In this document: piece after piece, positions 1-8,710 of the stretch
Layout of the letters: each line of letters starts with the position of its first letter
How positions within the stretch are numbered: the first letter of the stretch is position 1
NCBI GenBank assembly: GCA_035692365.1
Contig: DASSIB010000030.1
Location: 1-44,754, forward strand
Direction of reading: 5' to 3'
DNA: 44,754 bases
From: Candidatus Limnocylindria bacterium
GTDB lineage: Bacteria; Chloroflexota; Limnocylindria; QHBO01
Translations under genes and position numbers: made by a program
The notes under the pieces: generated by a model
Told to the model about the DNA's origin: nothing
Seen by the model: only the letters and a program-made list of their open reading frames with translations
Database searches by the model: none

Positions 1-304
1 CACCGAGACCGGCTGCGGCCGGGATCCGCTTCTCGAGTGCCAGGCAGGCGAGCTCGGGCGGGCCACCGAGGCCCGCCAGGAGGCCGCGCCAGGCGAGATT
101 GCTGGCGTCCAGCGGGATCTCGTCGCCCGGCGCCGCCTCGACCCGCAGGCCGGTGGCACCGGGGAGGAGCAGCAGGCGATCGGCGAGCTCGAGCAGCACC
201 ATCTCGGTCTCGAGCAGGTGGAAGCCGTCCGGACGCCGCCCTACGACCCGCAGCGACAGGTTCAGCTTCGCCGGCGCCTCCAGGCTCAGCGCTGCCGACG
301 GCAT
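1..304 (-). CDS. ispE: 4-diphosphocytidyl-2-C-methyl-D-erythritol kinase IspE, N-terminal part (3' end lies beyond window start)
   Basis: Not in the ORF track because it runs off the window. Hand translation of the minus strand from ATG 304-302 gives MPSAALSLEAPAKLNLSLRVVGRRPDGFHLLETEMVLL...LEKRIPAAAGLGG. This carries the APAKLNL / GRRxDGxH and IPxxAGLGG motifs of GHMP-kinase IspE. The ATG overlaps the rsmA TGA by 1 nt (TGATG). rsmA-ispE adjacency is a common synteny. Confidence 0.85.
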   Translation of the reverse strand, partial: MPSAALSLEAPAKLNLSLRVVGRRPDGFHLLETEMVLLELADRLLLLPGATGLRVEAAPGDEIPLDASNLAWRGLLAGLGGPPELACLALEKRIPAAAGLG

Positions 305-1197
305 CACGCCTCGCTCGGCTCGGGCTCGGCGAGGAGGGGCGAGAGGTGCGTATCCAGGCACTCCCACTCTGCAAGGGAGAGCGTCTGTGCCCGCCGCTCC
401 GAGTCGATGCCGCAGGCCGCGAACGCGTCGTTCAGGGTCGAGCGCGGTACCGGCAGTTCACGACCAAGCGCGTTGTGGAGCTGCTTGCGCCGCTGCCGGA
501 ATCCTGCCTGCACCAGCCGGTAGAACGGCTCACGACCGGCGCCCACCGGGATCTGCGGCATCGGGCGCCGTCGCAGCCGCAGGATCGCCGAGTCGACCTC
601 GGGAGCGGGCTCGAAGGCGGCCGCATCGACGTGTCCGACGATCTCCGCGTCCGCGACGTTCTGGACGAAGACCGAGAGGTAGCTCATCTGGCCCGGCGCC
701 GCCGCAACCCGGGTCGCGACCTCCGCCTGGACCAGCAGCACCGCGAGCAGCGGCGGCCGATCCCCCTCGAGGAAGGCGTGCAGCAGCGGGCTGGTGATGT
801 GGTACGGGATGTTCGCGACCAGCTTGAAGTCCTCGCCGGGGAAGCATTCCCGCGGATGGAGCGAGAGCGCGTCGGCCTCGATCAGCTCGAACCCCGGGGC
901 GGAGCCCAGCTCGCGGCGCAGGTAGGCAGCCAGGCGCGGATCGAGCTCCACCGCGAGGACCCGTGCCCCTGCCGCGAGGAGGCGCCGGGTAAGCACGCCC
1001 AGGCCTGGACCGACCTCCACCACGCGGTCGCCCGGCGCCAGCTCGGCGGCGGCGACGATCGCGTCGAGAGCGGCGGCATCGGTCAGGAAGTTCTGGCTGA
1101 GCGCCTTCCGCGGCCGGAGCCGCTCCGCGGCGAGGAGGCGTCGCAGCTGCCCCGGCGTGGGCGGGACGAGGCGCTCGGGCGCGAGCGGTCCGGTCAT
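304..1197 (-). CDS. rsmA: 16S rRNA (adenine1518/1519-N6)-dimethyltransferase RsmA/KsgA
   Basis: ORF 304..1314 trimmed to ATG 1197 (MTGPLAPERL...), which forms ATGA with the tsaD stop. Contains the LSQNFL and VVEVGPGLGVLT SAM-binding motifs. Confidence 0.92.
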   Translation of the reverse strand: MTGPLAPERLVPPTPGQLRRLLAAERLRPRKALSQNFLTDAAALDAIVAAAELAPGDRVVEVGPGLGVLTRRLLAAGARVLAVELDPRLAAYLRRELGSAPGFELIEADALSLHPRECFPGEDFKLVANIPYHITSPLLHAFLEGDRPPLLAVLLVQAEVATRVAAAPGQMSYLSVFVQNVADAEIVGHVDAAAFEPAPEVDSAILRLRRRPMPQIPVGAGREPFYRLVQAGFRQRRKQLHNALGRELPVPRSTLNDAFAACGIDSERRAQTLSLAEWECLDTHLSPLLAEPEPSEA

Positions 1198-2237
1198 GCT
1201 TCGGTCCAGGCGAGGGAGAGGTTCGGGATCGCCTCGAGCGCCGGCCCGGCGCGATCCCCCGCAACGAAGCGGAAGCCCGCCGCAGCTCCGATCATCGCGC
1301 CGTTGTCGGTGCACCAGGCCGGGGGTGGCACGAGGAGCGGGAGCCCGAGCGCGTCGAGCCGTTCCCGCAGGACGCGTCGCAGGGACCGATTCGCGGCCAC
1401 CCCGCCCCCGATCGCGACTGCGGCGACGGCGTGCTCCTCGGCAGCGGCGACCGTCTTGGTGACGAGCGCATCGACGACCGCCTCCTCGAAGGCCGCCGCG
1501 AGGCCATCGACGGGGATCGGCTCGCTCCGGTCGCGGTAGCCGGCGACCTCGCGCAGGACGGCGGTCTTGAGGCCTGAGAAGCTGAAATCGTACGGACCGG
1601 CGGTGCGGGCCCGCGGGAAGCGGGTCGCGGCCGCGATCCCCTCCGCGGCGGCGCTGATCGCCGGGCCACCCGGATACGGGAGTCCCAGGAGGCGGCCGAC
1701 CTTGTCGAAGGCCTCCCCGGCGGCGTCGTCGACGGTCTGTCCCAGCAGGCGGTAGCGGCCGTGATCGGCCATCAGCACCAGCTGCGTGTGTCCTCCGCTC
1801 ACGACCAGGCAGAGCAGCGGAAACGGCGGCTCCGCCGGGAGCGGCTCCCCGGGCGGTGCATCGGTCAGCCAGTTGGCGTAGATGTGCCCCTCGATGTGAT
1901 TGATCGCGACCAGCGGCAGGTCGTGCACCACGGCCAGCGCCTTGGCGACGTTCACCCCCACCAGCAGCGAGCCGATCAGCCCCGGACCGCAGGTCACCGC
2001 CACCGCGTCGAGGTCATCCCAGTCGACCCTGGCCTCCGCCATCGCCGCGCGCACCGTCGGCACGATCCAGCGCAGCTGCTGCCGCGCGGCCACCTCCGGC
2101 ACGATCCCGCCCGTGGCCGCGTGCAGCGCGATCTGGGTTGCGACCTGGTTGGCGGCGATCCGCCGCCCGCCGCTCACCACCGCGACCCCGGTCTCGTCGC
2201 AGCTGGTCTCGATGGCGAGCACCCGTGGGCCGCTCAT
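1194..2237 (-). CDS. tsaD: tRNA N6-adenosine threonylcarbamoyltransferase TsaD (Kae1/Gcp family)
   Basis: MSGPRVLAIETSCDETGVAVV N-terminus and the INHIEGHI metal-binding motif. ATGA overlap with the rimI stop at 2234-2237. Confidence 0.95.
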   Translation of the reverse strand: MSGPRVLAIETSCDETGVAVVSGGRRIAANQVATQIALHAATGGIVPEVAARQQLRWIVPTVRAAMAEARVDWDDLDAVAVTCGPGLIGSLLVGVNVAKALAVVHDLPLVAINHIEGHIYANWLTDAPPGEPLPAEPPFPLLCLVVSGGHTQLVLMADHGRYRLLGQTVDDAAGEAFDKVGRLLGLPYPGGPAISAAAEGIAAATRFPRARTAGPYDFSFSGLKTAVLREVAGYRDRSEPIPVDGLAAAFEEAVVDALVTKTVAAAEEHAVAAVAIGGGVAANRSLRRVLRERLDALGLPLLVPPPAWCTDNGAMIGAAAGFRFVAGDRAGPALEAIPNLSLAWTEA

Positions 2238-2758
2238 CCGAGGCCGTCCTCGGCCGCCCGCGCCCGCTCGGCCGCAAGCAGTGCCCGCATCCCGTCCCCG
2301 GCGAGATCGGGCGTCGTCATCACCAGCGCGTCCTCGCCGTCGTCGCTGTAGTACGCCACCCGGCGACCAGCCTCGACGAAGCCGAAGGACCGATACAGCG
2401 CCTGCGCCGGCTCGTTGCTGACCCGCACCTCCAGGGTCAGCCGCGCCGAGCCGAGCTCGAGCGCGACGTCCGCCAGCTCGAGGAGGAGGCGCCGTCCGAC
2501 GCCACGCCGCCGATGGTCGGGGTGCACGCCGAAGGTCGTGATGTGGGCGTCATCGACCATGAGCCAGATGCCGCCGAAGGCGACCACGCGCTCCCCGAGC
2601 CGGGCCACTCGATAGTGGGCGAGGCGGTTGGCGGTGAGCTCCTGCTCGAAGGCGAAGGCGGGCCACGGTGCGCTGAAGCTGAGCCGCTCGATCTCGAGGA
2701 CCGCCGCGACGTCTGCCATCCGCATCGGCCCGACGACGAGTGGCGCGCTCACGGCCAT
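2234..2758 (-). CDS. rimI: Ribosomal-protein-alanine N-acetyltransferase RimI (GNAT)
   Basis: The 461-aa ORF 2234..3619 is an over-extension across tsaB and tsaE. The GNAT core (VHPDHRRRGVGRRLL acetyl-CoA motif) starts around ATG 2758 (MAVSAPLVVGPMRMADVAAV). In-frame ATGs at 2725 and 2719 are alternatives. Its position in tsaB-rimI-tsaD is canonical. Confidence 0.85.
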   Translation of the reverse strand: MAVSAPLVVGPMRMADVAAVLEIERLSFSAPWPAFAFEQELTANRLAHYRVARLGERVVAFGGIWLMVDDAHITTFGVHPDHRRRGVGRRLLLELADVALELGSARLTLEVRVSNEPAQALYRSFGFVEAGRRVAYYSDDGEDALVMTTPDLAGDGMRALLAAERARAAEDGLG

Positions 2759-3384
2759 CGGCTCACCGTCGCGGTCGAGGGAACGCCTCGAGGCGCCTGG
2801 TGGTACCACGGCTCGATCGTGGCGAGATCGTCGCCACGTGGATCCGTCAGGAGCCGCGCGGCCCCGAGTCGCGCCACCGCGGCGGCGGCCTCGTGCGGCG
2901 GCAGCGCACCGGCCAGCTGGAACGATGCGGCGAGCTCCGACGGAGCCGCCAGGATCGACCCCTTCAGCAGGCCGGACAGCTCCGCGGCGGCAACGATCCG
3001 CGGCTCGGGATCGCCGCGCAGCAGCAGGTACGCGTCCTGGGCGCCGGCGCGGGCGACCGCGGCCGCGGCGCGATGCTCGGCCTCGAGCCAGGCCTGCAGG
3101 CTCGGGACGCCGACGAGCGGCAGGCGCAGCGCGAGCGCGATCCCCTTGGCGAGGCTCATCGAGACGCGCAGGCCGGTGAACGAGCCGGGGCCGACGCCGA
3201 TCGCCAGCGCCGTCGCCTCGCGCAGCTCGCGCCGGGCGCGCGCCAGCAGGACCAGGAGGCGCGGCAGCAGCTCGCTGGCCTGGCGTCCCTCGCCCGTCCA
3301 GCCATCGGCGGCGAACGCCACCCCGTCGGACGACGCGAGCGCCAGCGACGGGTCGCCCGAGGCGCTCTCGATGGCGATGATCAT
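2749..3384 (-). CDS. tsaB: tRNA threonylcarbamoyladenosine biosynthesis protein TsaB (YeaZ family)
   Basis: ORF 2749..3534 trimmed to ATG 3384 (MIIAIESASGDPSLALA), which forms ATGA with the tsaE stop. ASKHA-like TsaB N-terminus and conserved context. Confidence 0.88.
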   Translation of the reverse strand: MIIAIESASGDPSLALASSDGVAFAADGWTGEGRQASELLPRLLVLLARARRELREATALAIGVGPGSFTGLRVSMSLAKGIALALRLPLVGVPSLQAWLEAEHRAAAAVARAGAQDAYLLLRGDPEPRIVAAAELSGLLKGSILAAPSELAASFQLAGALPPHEAAAAVARLGAARLLTDPRGDDLATIEPWYHQAPRGVPSTATVSRWP

Positions 3385-3857
3385 CCCTGCACCAGCGCGT
3401 CCTGCGCGAGGCGGAGGTGCGACGGCCCCACCGCTCGCCAGCTGATCCGTCGCTGGTCGCTCCCGTCCGCCTCGGGCACCAGTGTGAGCTCGAGCCGCTC
3501 CGCCGGGAGGCGATCGGCGAGGCGATCGGCCCACTCCACCACCGCCACCCCGGTGGCCTGCCGGTCGTCGAAGAGGCCGGCGGCGAGCGCCTCATCGGGA
3601 TCGTCGAGGCGGTAGGCATCGATGTGGAAGAGGCGCAGCCGGCCGAGGTGCTCGTTCATGAGCACGAAGGTCGGGCTGTTCACCACGCTCGTCACGCCGA
3701 GCCCTTCGGCCACTCCCTTGGCCAGCTCAGTCTTCCCGGCTCCCAGCGGGCCGATGAGGGCGACGAGCGCGCCGGCGTGCGCATGCGAGCCGAGCGCGTG
3801 GCCGATGGCCCGCGTCTCCTCCGGCGCGGCAGTACGGAGATCACCGGCGGCTTGCAT
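3381..3857 (-). CDS. tsaE: tRNA t6A37 biosynthesis ATPase TsaE (YjeE family)
   Basis: 158 aa with the P-loop GPLGAGKTELAKG. Lies upstream of tsaB-rimI-tsaD. Confidence 0.9.
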   Translation of the reverse strand: MQAAGDLRTAAPEETRAIGHALGSHAHAGALVALIGPLGAGKTELAKGVAEGLGVTSVVNSPTFVLMNEHLGRLRLFHIDAYRLDDPDEALAAGLFDDRQATGVAVVEWADRLADRLPAERLELTLVPEADGSDQRRISWRAVGPSHLRLAQDALVQG

Positions 3858-3883
3858 GGACCGAAGAATACGGGAGCGGCCGG

Positions 3884-4924
3884 TCAGCGGCCCTCGGGCA
3901 GGACCGTGGCCTCGATGTTGGCCAGCGGGACAGGCGCAAGGCGGCCGTCCTCGAATCGGACGAGCGCCATCCGCGTCGGGATCCCGGACTGGGCCGCGTG
4001 GAGATCCTCGAGCAGCGCGACGAGCACGCCACCTCGCCCCTGGAAGGGGCGCCGATTCGCGATGATGCGATCTCCGACCTTCGCCAGCGCGCGGCGGGAT
4101 GGGAGCGGTGCGGCGTCGTACACGTACAGCAGCCCATCGGCGCCGAAGAGGCTGGCGACACGCCCCGCGTGCGCCCGGAACCAGCTGAAGAGCTGGGGAT
4201 CGATCCCGACCTTGCCGAAGCCCTCCACCAGCAGGATCCCGAACGAGCCCGTCATGCCGCCCGCCTCGCGCCGGCGGCGCTGGATCGCCTCGAAGTCGCG
4301 CAGCTCCTTGTCCAGCACGCCGCCGAGCACGATCCCGGCGACCCCCATCGCCCGGGCGCGCGTGAGCGTCTCGGCCGAGGCGCGCGATCCACCGACCAGG
4401 ATCTTTCCGGTGGCACCGGCGTCAATCGCCGCGGCTCGCAGCTCGTCCCCGGGGTTCGGAACCCCGACCACCAGCTCCCCGTGCACCGCCTCGCCGCTCC
4501 CGCCGATGCCCCGCAGCCGGGCCGCCGGCACCTCGATCACCAGCGAACCCTCCTCGACGTCGCGAACACGGCCGCGGACGTGGCCGATGACCGGCTCCTC
4601 GGGGCCGAGCGGGGCGAGGAGAAGCGACCCGTCGCGTCCGGAGGCCGCCAGCACGAGCCCCGCGACCGGTGCGAGCACCACGCCGGCTCCCTCCACCATC
4701 GCCAGTGGCTGCTCCGCCTCGACCCGCTCGCCGGGCCGGACCACGAGCAGCTCCTCGATGTCGCCGGGCTGCCGGTGCAGAACGCGGGTGACGGGTACCC
4801 GAACGGGGGCCATCGCTCCTCGCCGCAGCCCGATCACCTCGTCGGGCTTGATCTCGGCGCCGACCCGCGCGCTGACGACCGTCCCGCGCGGCAGGTGGAT
4901 GCGATGGAGCGAGGCCTCGATCAT
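3884..4924 (-). CDS. Hypothetical cytoplasmic protein (cluster member 7) with a lipoyl/biotinyl-like barrel-sandwich motif and a KOW/SH3-like C-terminal motif
   Basis: 346-aa ORF with strong GC3 bias and no hydrophobic segments. VRPGERVEAEQPLAMVEGAGVVLAPVAGLV resembles the barrel-sandwich-hybrid signature. KVGDRIIANRRPFQGRGGVLVAL resembles a KOW motif. The ATG at 4924 overlaps the upstream stop as ATGA. Confidence 0.7.
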   Translation of the reverse strand: MIEASLHRIHLPRGTVVSARVGAEIKPDEVIGLRRGAMAPVRVPVTRVLHRQPGDIEELLVVRPGERVEAEQPLAMVEGAGVVLAPVAGLVLAASGRDGSLLLAPLGPEEPVIGHVRGRVRDVEEGSLVIEVPAARLRGIGGSGEAVHGELVVGVPNPGDELRAAAIDAGATGKILVGGSRASAETLTRARAMGVAGIVLGGVLDKELRDFEAIQRRRREAGGMTGSFGILLVEGFGKVGIDPQLFSWFRAHAGRVASLFGADGLLYVYDAAPLPSRRALAKVGDRIIANRRPFQGRGGVLVALLEDLHAAQSGIPTRMALVRFEDGRLAPVPLANIEATVLPEGR

Positions 4925-6588
4925 GCCGCCCCCTCGCTCGGAGGCCGGACCTCGCGCAGGAAGGTGTCACGCCAGGCGCCGAGGACGGCCCGCCGGTCGT
5001 CGCTGCGTCGCGGGAGGAGGAGTGGCGCGTCTCTCGCGTCGAGCACCACACCGACGGCGCCGCCGCTGACCGATGCGCGCAAACGGCGCGCGCGTCGCGG
5101 GGAGCCGAGACTCACAGACTGATCGAGCTCGATCTCGAGCTCGGCCACCTGTCCGCGCGGCAGCGGCACCACCTCGAGCTGGCCGGGCCGCACCTCGATC
5201 GGGCCGAGCGAGCGCCAGCCGACGCGGTGGACGGTGACGCGCATCGACGCGTGGCCAGAACGTCCGCCGCTGCAGACGACCGCCGCCCCGAGCGGTGTCA
5301 GGAGGTCGTCACGCAGGGTCCCCAGGCCCTCGACGATCTCGTCGTCGCGCAGCGCGCCCAGCGGTCCCAGCGCGCCGGCGGGGTCGATCGCGAGCTGCAC
5401 GATCCCGATCGGCCGGACGCCGTCCAGCAGCAGCTGCATCGACTGCGCCGGCAGGGGGGCGTTCCCGATCGTGCGCCCGGAGCCGATGAGCAGATCGATC
5501 CCCGCGGGCTGGGGACCATTGGCGGCCAGGTCGGCCAGCAGGTCGCGGGCGGCGCCGTGGACCACGGCGAGCTCCTCATCGGTCTGCGGGATCGAGCCCG
5601 GCCTGGCGCGCAGGTTCTGCAGGGCGTCCGCCACGGCCAGCTCGTCGATCGCCAGCGCCAGGCTGTGCGCGATGCGCGCCGGGCCTCCCTGCGCGGTCAG
5701 GGTCGGCGATGCGAGGCCGCCGAGCGCGACGACGCGGCTCTCGGCCATCCCGTTCTCGTCGGCGCTTGCCCAGGTGGCGTAGCGAGCGCCGAGGTCCACG
5801 CCCACGACCCGCAGGCGCGACGCGCGCGCGAGCTCGGCCACCGCCCGGCCGAAGCCGATGGGAGCCAGCTGGCGCGCGGCTCCGCGCTCGACCAGCCGCT
5901 CGATCAGGCCGTCGAGATAGCGTCGCAGTGGAAGGAGGTTCTCCCGCTCGGCAGAGGGGCGTGGATTCGCGACCGCTCGCAGCACGCCGGGTTCGAAGAA
6001 GGCGCCGACGCGCTCGGTCAGCCCCGCCGAGCCGGCCCACACCACCGGCGATCGACCGCCGCCGCGAGCAGCGGCGACGAGGCCCGCCACCTCGAGGGCA
6101 CCCTCGCCACCCTCCTCGTCGAACCCGCCCGCGATCAGCCACGCATCGACCTCGGCCGATTGGAGGGCCCCGAGTCGATCGACCACGGGCCGCCCGTCAT
6201 CGACGGTGACTGCCTCCACCACGACCCAGCCGGCCGCCTCCGCGGCGCGCCGTGCCGCCTGGCCGGAGAGCTCCGAGGAGACGGCAGCCAGGGCGATCCG
6301 GCCCGGCCGGGCGGGCGTGTGCACCGCGATCCGCGGGGCATCGGCGAGGAGGGTCGCGATCCGTCCGGAGACGCGGGGATCCGCACGGCCGGCCAGCCGT
6401 GCGGCCAGGGTGGCAATCAGCTCGGACTCATCCCATGCCGAGGGCTGAGCTGCGTGCGCCGCGATCCGCCATCGGCCCAGGGCGCGTCCGACCACGGCCG
6501 CCTTCGTCCAGGCGGAGCCGATGTCCACCAGCAGCGACAGCTCGGCGGTGGCGCGGCCAATCTCACGCGGGCGGGCCTCGGTCGTCAT
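4921..6588 (-). CDS. ASKHA-fold ATPase-like protein, GlmL/MutL-like (glutamate mutase L family) (cluster member 6)
   Basis: ORF 4921..6606 trimmed to ATG 6588 (MTTEARPREIG), which forms ATGA with the upstream stop. LLVDIGSAWTKAAVVG matches the D-x-G-S-x-x-T-K phosphate-1 motif of the GlmL/MutL branch. A second VVGVDLGARYATW motif is present. The family call is by eye only. Confidence 0.6.
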   Translation of the reverse strand: MTTEARPREIGRATAELSLLVDIGSAWTKAAVVGRALGRWRIAAHAAQPSAWDESELIATLAARLAGRADPRVSGRIATLLADAPRIAVHTPARPGRIALAAVSSELSGQAARRAAEAAGWVVVEAVTVDDGRPVVDRLGALQSAEVDAWLIAGGFDEEGGEGALEVAGLVAAARGGGRSPVVWAGSAGLTERVGAFFEPGVLRAVANPRPSAERENLLPLRRYLDGLIERLVERGAARQLAPIGFGRAVAELARASRLRVVGVDLGARYATWASADENGMAESRVVALGGLASPTLTAQGGPARIAHSLALAIDELAVADALQNLRARPGSIPQTDEELAVVHGAARDLLADLAANGPQPAGIDLLIGSGRTIGNAPLPAQSMQLLLDGVRPIGIVQLAIDPAGALGPLGALRDDEIVEGLGTLRDDLLTPLGAAVVCSGGRSGHASMRVTVHRVGWRSLGPIEVRPGQLEVVPLPRGQVAELEIELDQSVSLGSPRRARRLRASVSGGAVGVVLDARDAPLLLPRRSDDRRAVLGAWRDTFLREVRPPSEGAA

Positions 6589-7229
6589 CGGAGCACGGTA
6601 AGCCAATCGCCGAGCAGGAACCCGATCCGGTCGACAAGCAGCGAGAGGCGGCTGACCACCAGGAAGCCGATCCAGCCGCCGATTCCCCCGACCAGCAGCC
6701 AGCGCCCAACGGTCGCGGCCCGCGTCGTGAGCCTCCCGCGCGGCGCGCCATGCAGGAAGGCGAGGAGTACCAGGGTCGTGATCGCCAGCGAGATCAGCTC
6801 ACCCGCCAGGTCTCCCGATGCAACGCGGCCCGCCGGCAGCGCGGCGGCGATCTGGGGGAGGATCGTCCCCACCACGGCGCCGCCCAGTGCATATGCCGCG
6901 ATCCCGCCGACGAGAATCGCCCCCACCGGCGCCATCGCGGGCCGCGGCAGCCACGAGGCGCCGACCAGCATCCCCGCCAGCAGGAGCGCCGGCACGAGCA
7001 GCGCGCTCTCGTTCGGGCGCTCCACGAGAGGTACAAGCAGCCGCGGCACGAGCACGTCGGTGATCGCCAGCAGCACGAGGTAGCCGGTGGCGAGGCCGGC
7101 GAGGAGGTGCTGCATGACCACGAAGAGGCGCCGCCAGCCGGCGAGGTACGACCACACCGCGATCGTCACGATGGCCGCCACCCAGGTGGCGAGGGTCCCG
7201 CCGAAGTCCGCGCCGCTGAATCCATTCAT
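6585..7229 (-). CDS. Polytopic membrane protein, unknown function (cluster member 5)
   Basis: 214 aa with about six hydrophobic segments (for example LATWVAAIVTIAVWSYLAG and VGRWLLVGGIGGWIGFLVV). ATGA overlaps at both ends (7226-7229 and 6585-6588). Confidence 0.72.
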   Translation of the reverse strand: MNGFSGADFGGTLATWVAAIVTIAVWSYLAGWRRLFVVMQHLLAGLATGYLVLLAITDVLVPRLLVPLVERPNESALLVPALLLAGMLVGASWLPRPAMAPVGAILVGGIAAYALGGAVVGTILPQIAAALPAGRVASGDLAGELISLAITTLVLLAFLHGAPRGRLTTRAATVGRWLLVGGIGGWIGFLVVSRLSLLVDRIGFLLGDWLTVLR

Positions 7230-8098
7230 GCCGGAGCACGGCCCTTCGGACGGCGACCCCTGCGGCGGGCGAACCGTCGCAGGGCCGCCTCGGCCAGGAC
7301 GGCAATGGCGGCGAGCATGCCGACCAGCATCGGCAGCGGCCCGGGGGTGGGCCCTGGGTTCGACCCCGCGCTGCCCGCGGCGGCCTCCACGTACGCCACG
7401 CCGTCCCGCAGCGTTGCGAGGAGTGCAGTCAGCTGCCCGGAACGCAGGTACGGCTCGAGCTCCGGGTCGAGGAAGGTCGGCGCGATCGCGACCAGTGGCA
7501 GCTCCGGAAGGCGGCTCCCTACCTGCTCGACCCAGCTCCGCGCCGAGATGTCGCTCCCCGAGACGACGAGGACCATGGCAAAGGCGCCGATACCACCGCC
7601 GGCGTCGCGAATGGCGTCGGCGGTCGGACCCTGCGCGCTCTCCGGGACGACCGACGCGATGCTGCGCACCAGCCCCGCCTCCGCGCCCGCCACGAAGCCG
7701 AGATCAGCGGGCGGCTCCCCCGCGCCGCGCGCGATGCGGTCCCGCTCGGCCGCGGCGATGGCGCGGCCGTCCGGCGTGAAGCTGACGATCGCCAGCCGGG
7801 CATCGTGGGCCGCGAGGTCGTCGATCGCGACGCGCGTCGCGGCGCGAATCTCCGGGTAGGTTCCGAGGTCCGCGTCGAACGCGATCAGCACCAGAGCGTC
7901 GTTCGGCAGCTCCCCGATCGCCCTCCGCAGCTGGTCGACGCGCGAGCGGTCGGGGCTTGCCAGCTGGAGCCCGCCGGTGCCGTTGGAGAGCAGCGAGGCC
8001 AGCGCCAACAGGAGCAGGAGGAGCAGCGCCGGAGCCGCGCGGCGCAGGCGGGCGACGCGCTCCGTGTCCAGCACGGCCGGCTCCGCGCTATTCGTCAT
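7226..8098 (-). CDS. Bitopic membrane protein, unknown function (cluster member 4)
   Basis: ATG 8098 (MTNSAEPAVL) is chosen over TTG 8113. N-terminal anchor APALLLLLLLALASLL, a soluble domain of roughly 220 aa, a C-terminal TM (LPMLVGMLAAIAVLAEAAL), then the basic tail RRFARRRGRRPKGRAPA. Confidence 0.68.
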   Translation of the reverse strand: MTNSAEPAVLDTERVARLRRAAPALLLLLLLALASLLSNGTGGLQLASPDRSRVDQLRRAIGELPNDALVLIAFDADLGTYPEIRAATRVAIDDLAAHDARLAIVSFTPDGRAIAAAERDRIARGAGEPPADLGFVAGAEAGLVRSIASVVPESAQGPTADAIRDAGGGIGAFAMVLVVSGSDISARSWVEQVGSRLPELPLVAIAPTFLDPELEPYLRSGQLTALLATLRDGVAYVEAAAGSAGSNPGPTPGPLPMLVGMLAAIAVLAEAALRRFARRRGRRPKGRAPA

Positions 8099-8705
8099 CG
8101 CCGTCCATCGCAAGCAGCGAGCGTGCCGCGCTCACCGCCACCAGGATCCCGATCCCGATCAGCAGCCCGCGGAAGACGCCGGCGAGCGGCACGTCACGCA
8201 CCCAGCCGGCGCTCGCCGCCAGCCAGTCACCGGCCTGGCCACCGACCGGCAGCAGCAGGATGATCACCACCGTGGCCGCGCCGGCCATCAGCGTCGTCTC
8301 GCGCACGCGGAGCGCAAAGCCGCGCCGGAAGGCACCCAGCAGGAAGATGAAGAGAAGGGCGAAGACCGATGCGGCGATCGGCGCCAGCAGCGCCGCCACC
8401 AGCCAGAGGACAGCCGGGTCGGCCGTCCCGCTCGAGCCGGGCCGCAGCCCCGCCACTAGGATCGCCGCCATCCCGAGCAACAGCGCGATCGAGCCGATCG
8501 AATCGCCGTCCCCGGCGGCGAGGCTGCGGGCGTGGTGCGCCACCAGGGTCGCGCCACCACCGACCGCCGCGGCGGCGGCGAGGAGCACGAGCAGCTCGTT
8601 GACCGCCCCGGCCGCAGCATCGAGCGATGGATTCACGACCATCAGGTCCAGCAGGACCACGAGGCCGGTGACCAGCACGATGGCCGTGAGGATCGAGCGC
8701 CGCAT
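8088..8705 (-). CDS. Polytopic membrane protein, unknown function (cluster member 3)
   Basis: 205 aa with about six hydrophobic segments. ATG at 8705 lies 5 nt after the upstream stop. Acidic C-terminus MDGDDE. Confidence 0.72.
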   Translation of the reverse strand: MRRSILTAIVLVTGLVVLLDLMVVNPSLDAAAGAVNELLVLLAAAAAVGGGATLVAHHARSLAAGDGDSIGSIALLLGMAAILVAGLRPGSSGTADPAVLWLVAALLAPIAASVFALLFIFLLGAFRRGFALRVRETTLMAGAATVVIILLLPVGGQAGDWLAASAGWVRDVPLAGVFRGLLIGIGILVAVSAARSLLAMDGDDE

Positions 8706-8710
8706 CTAGC

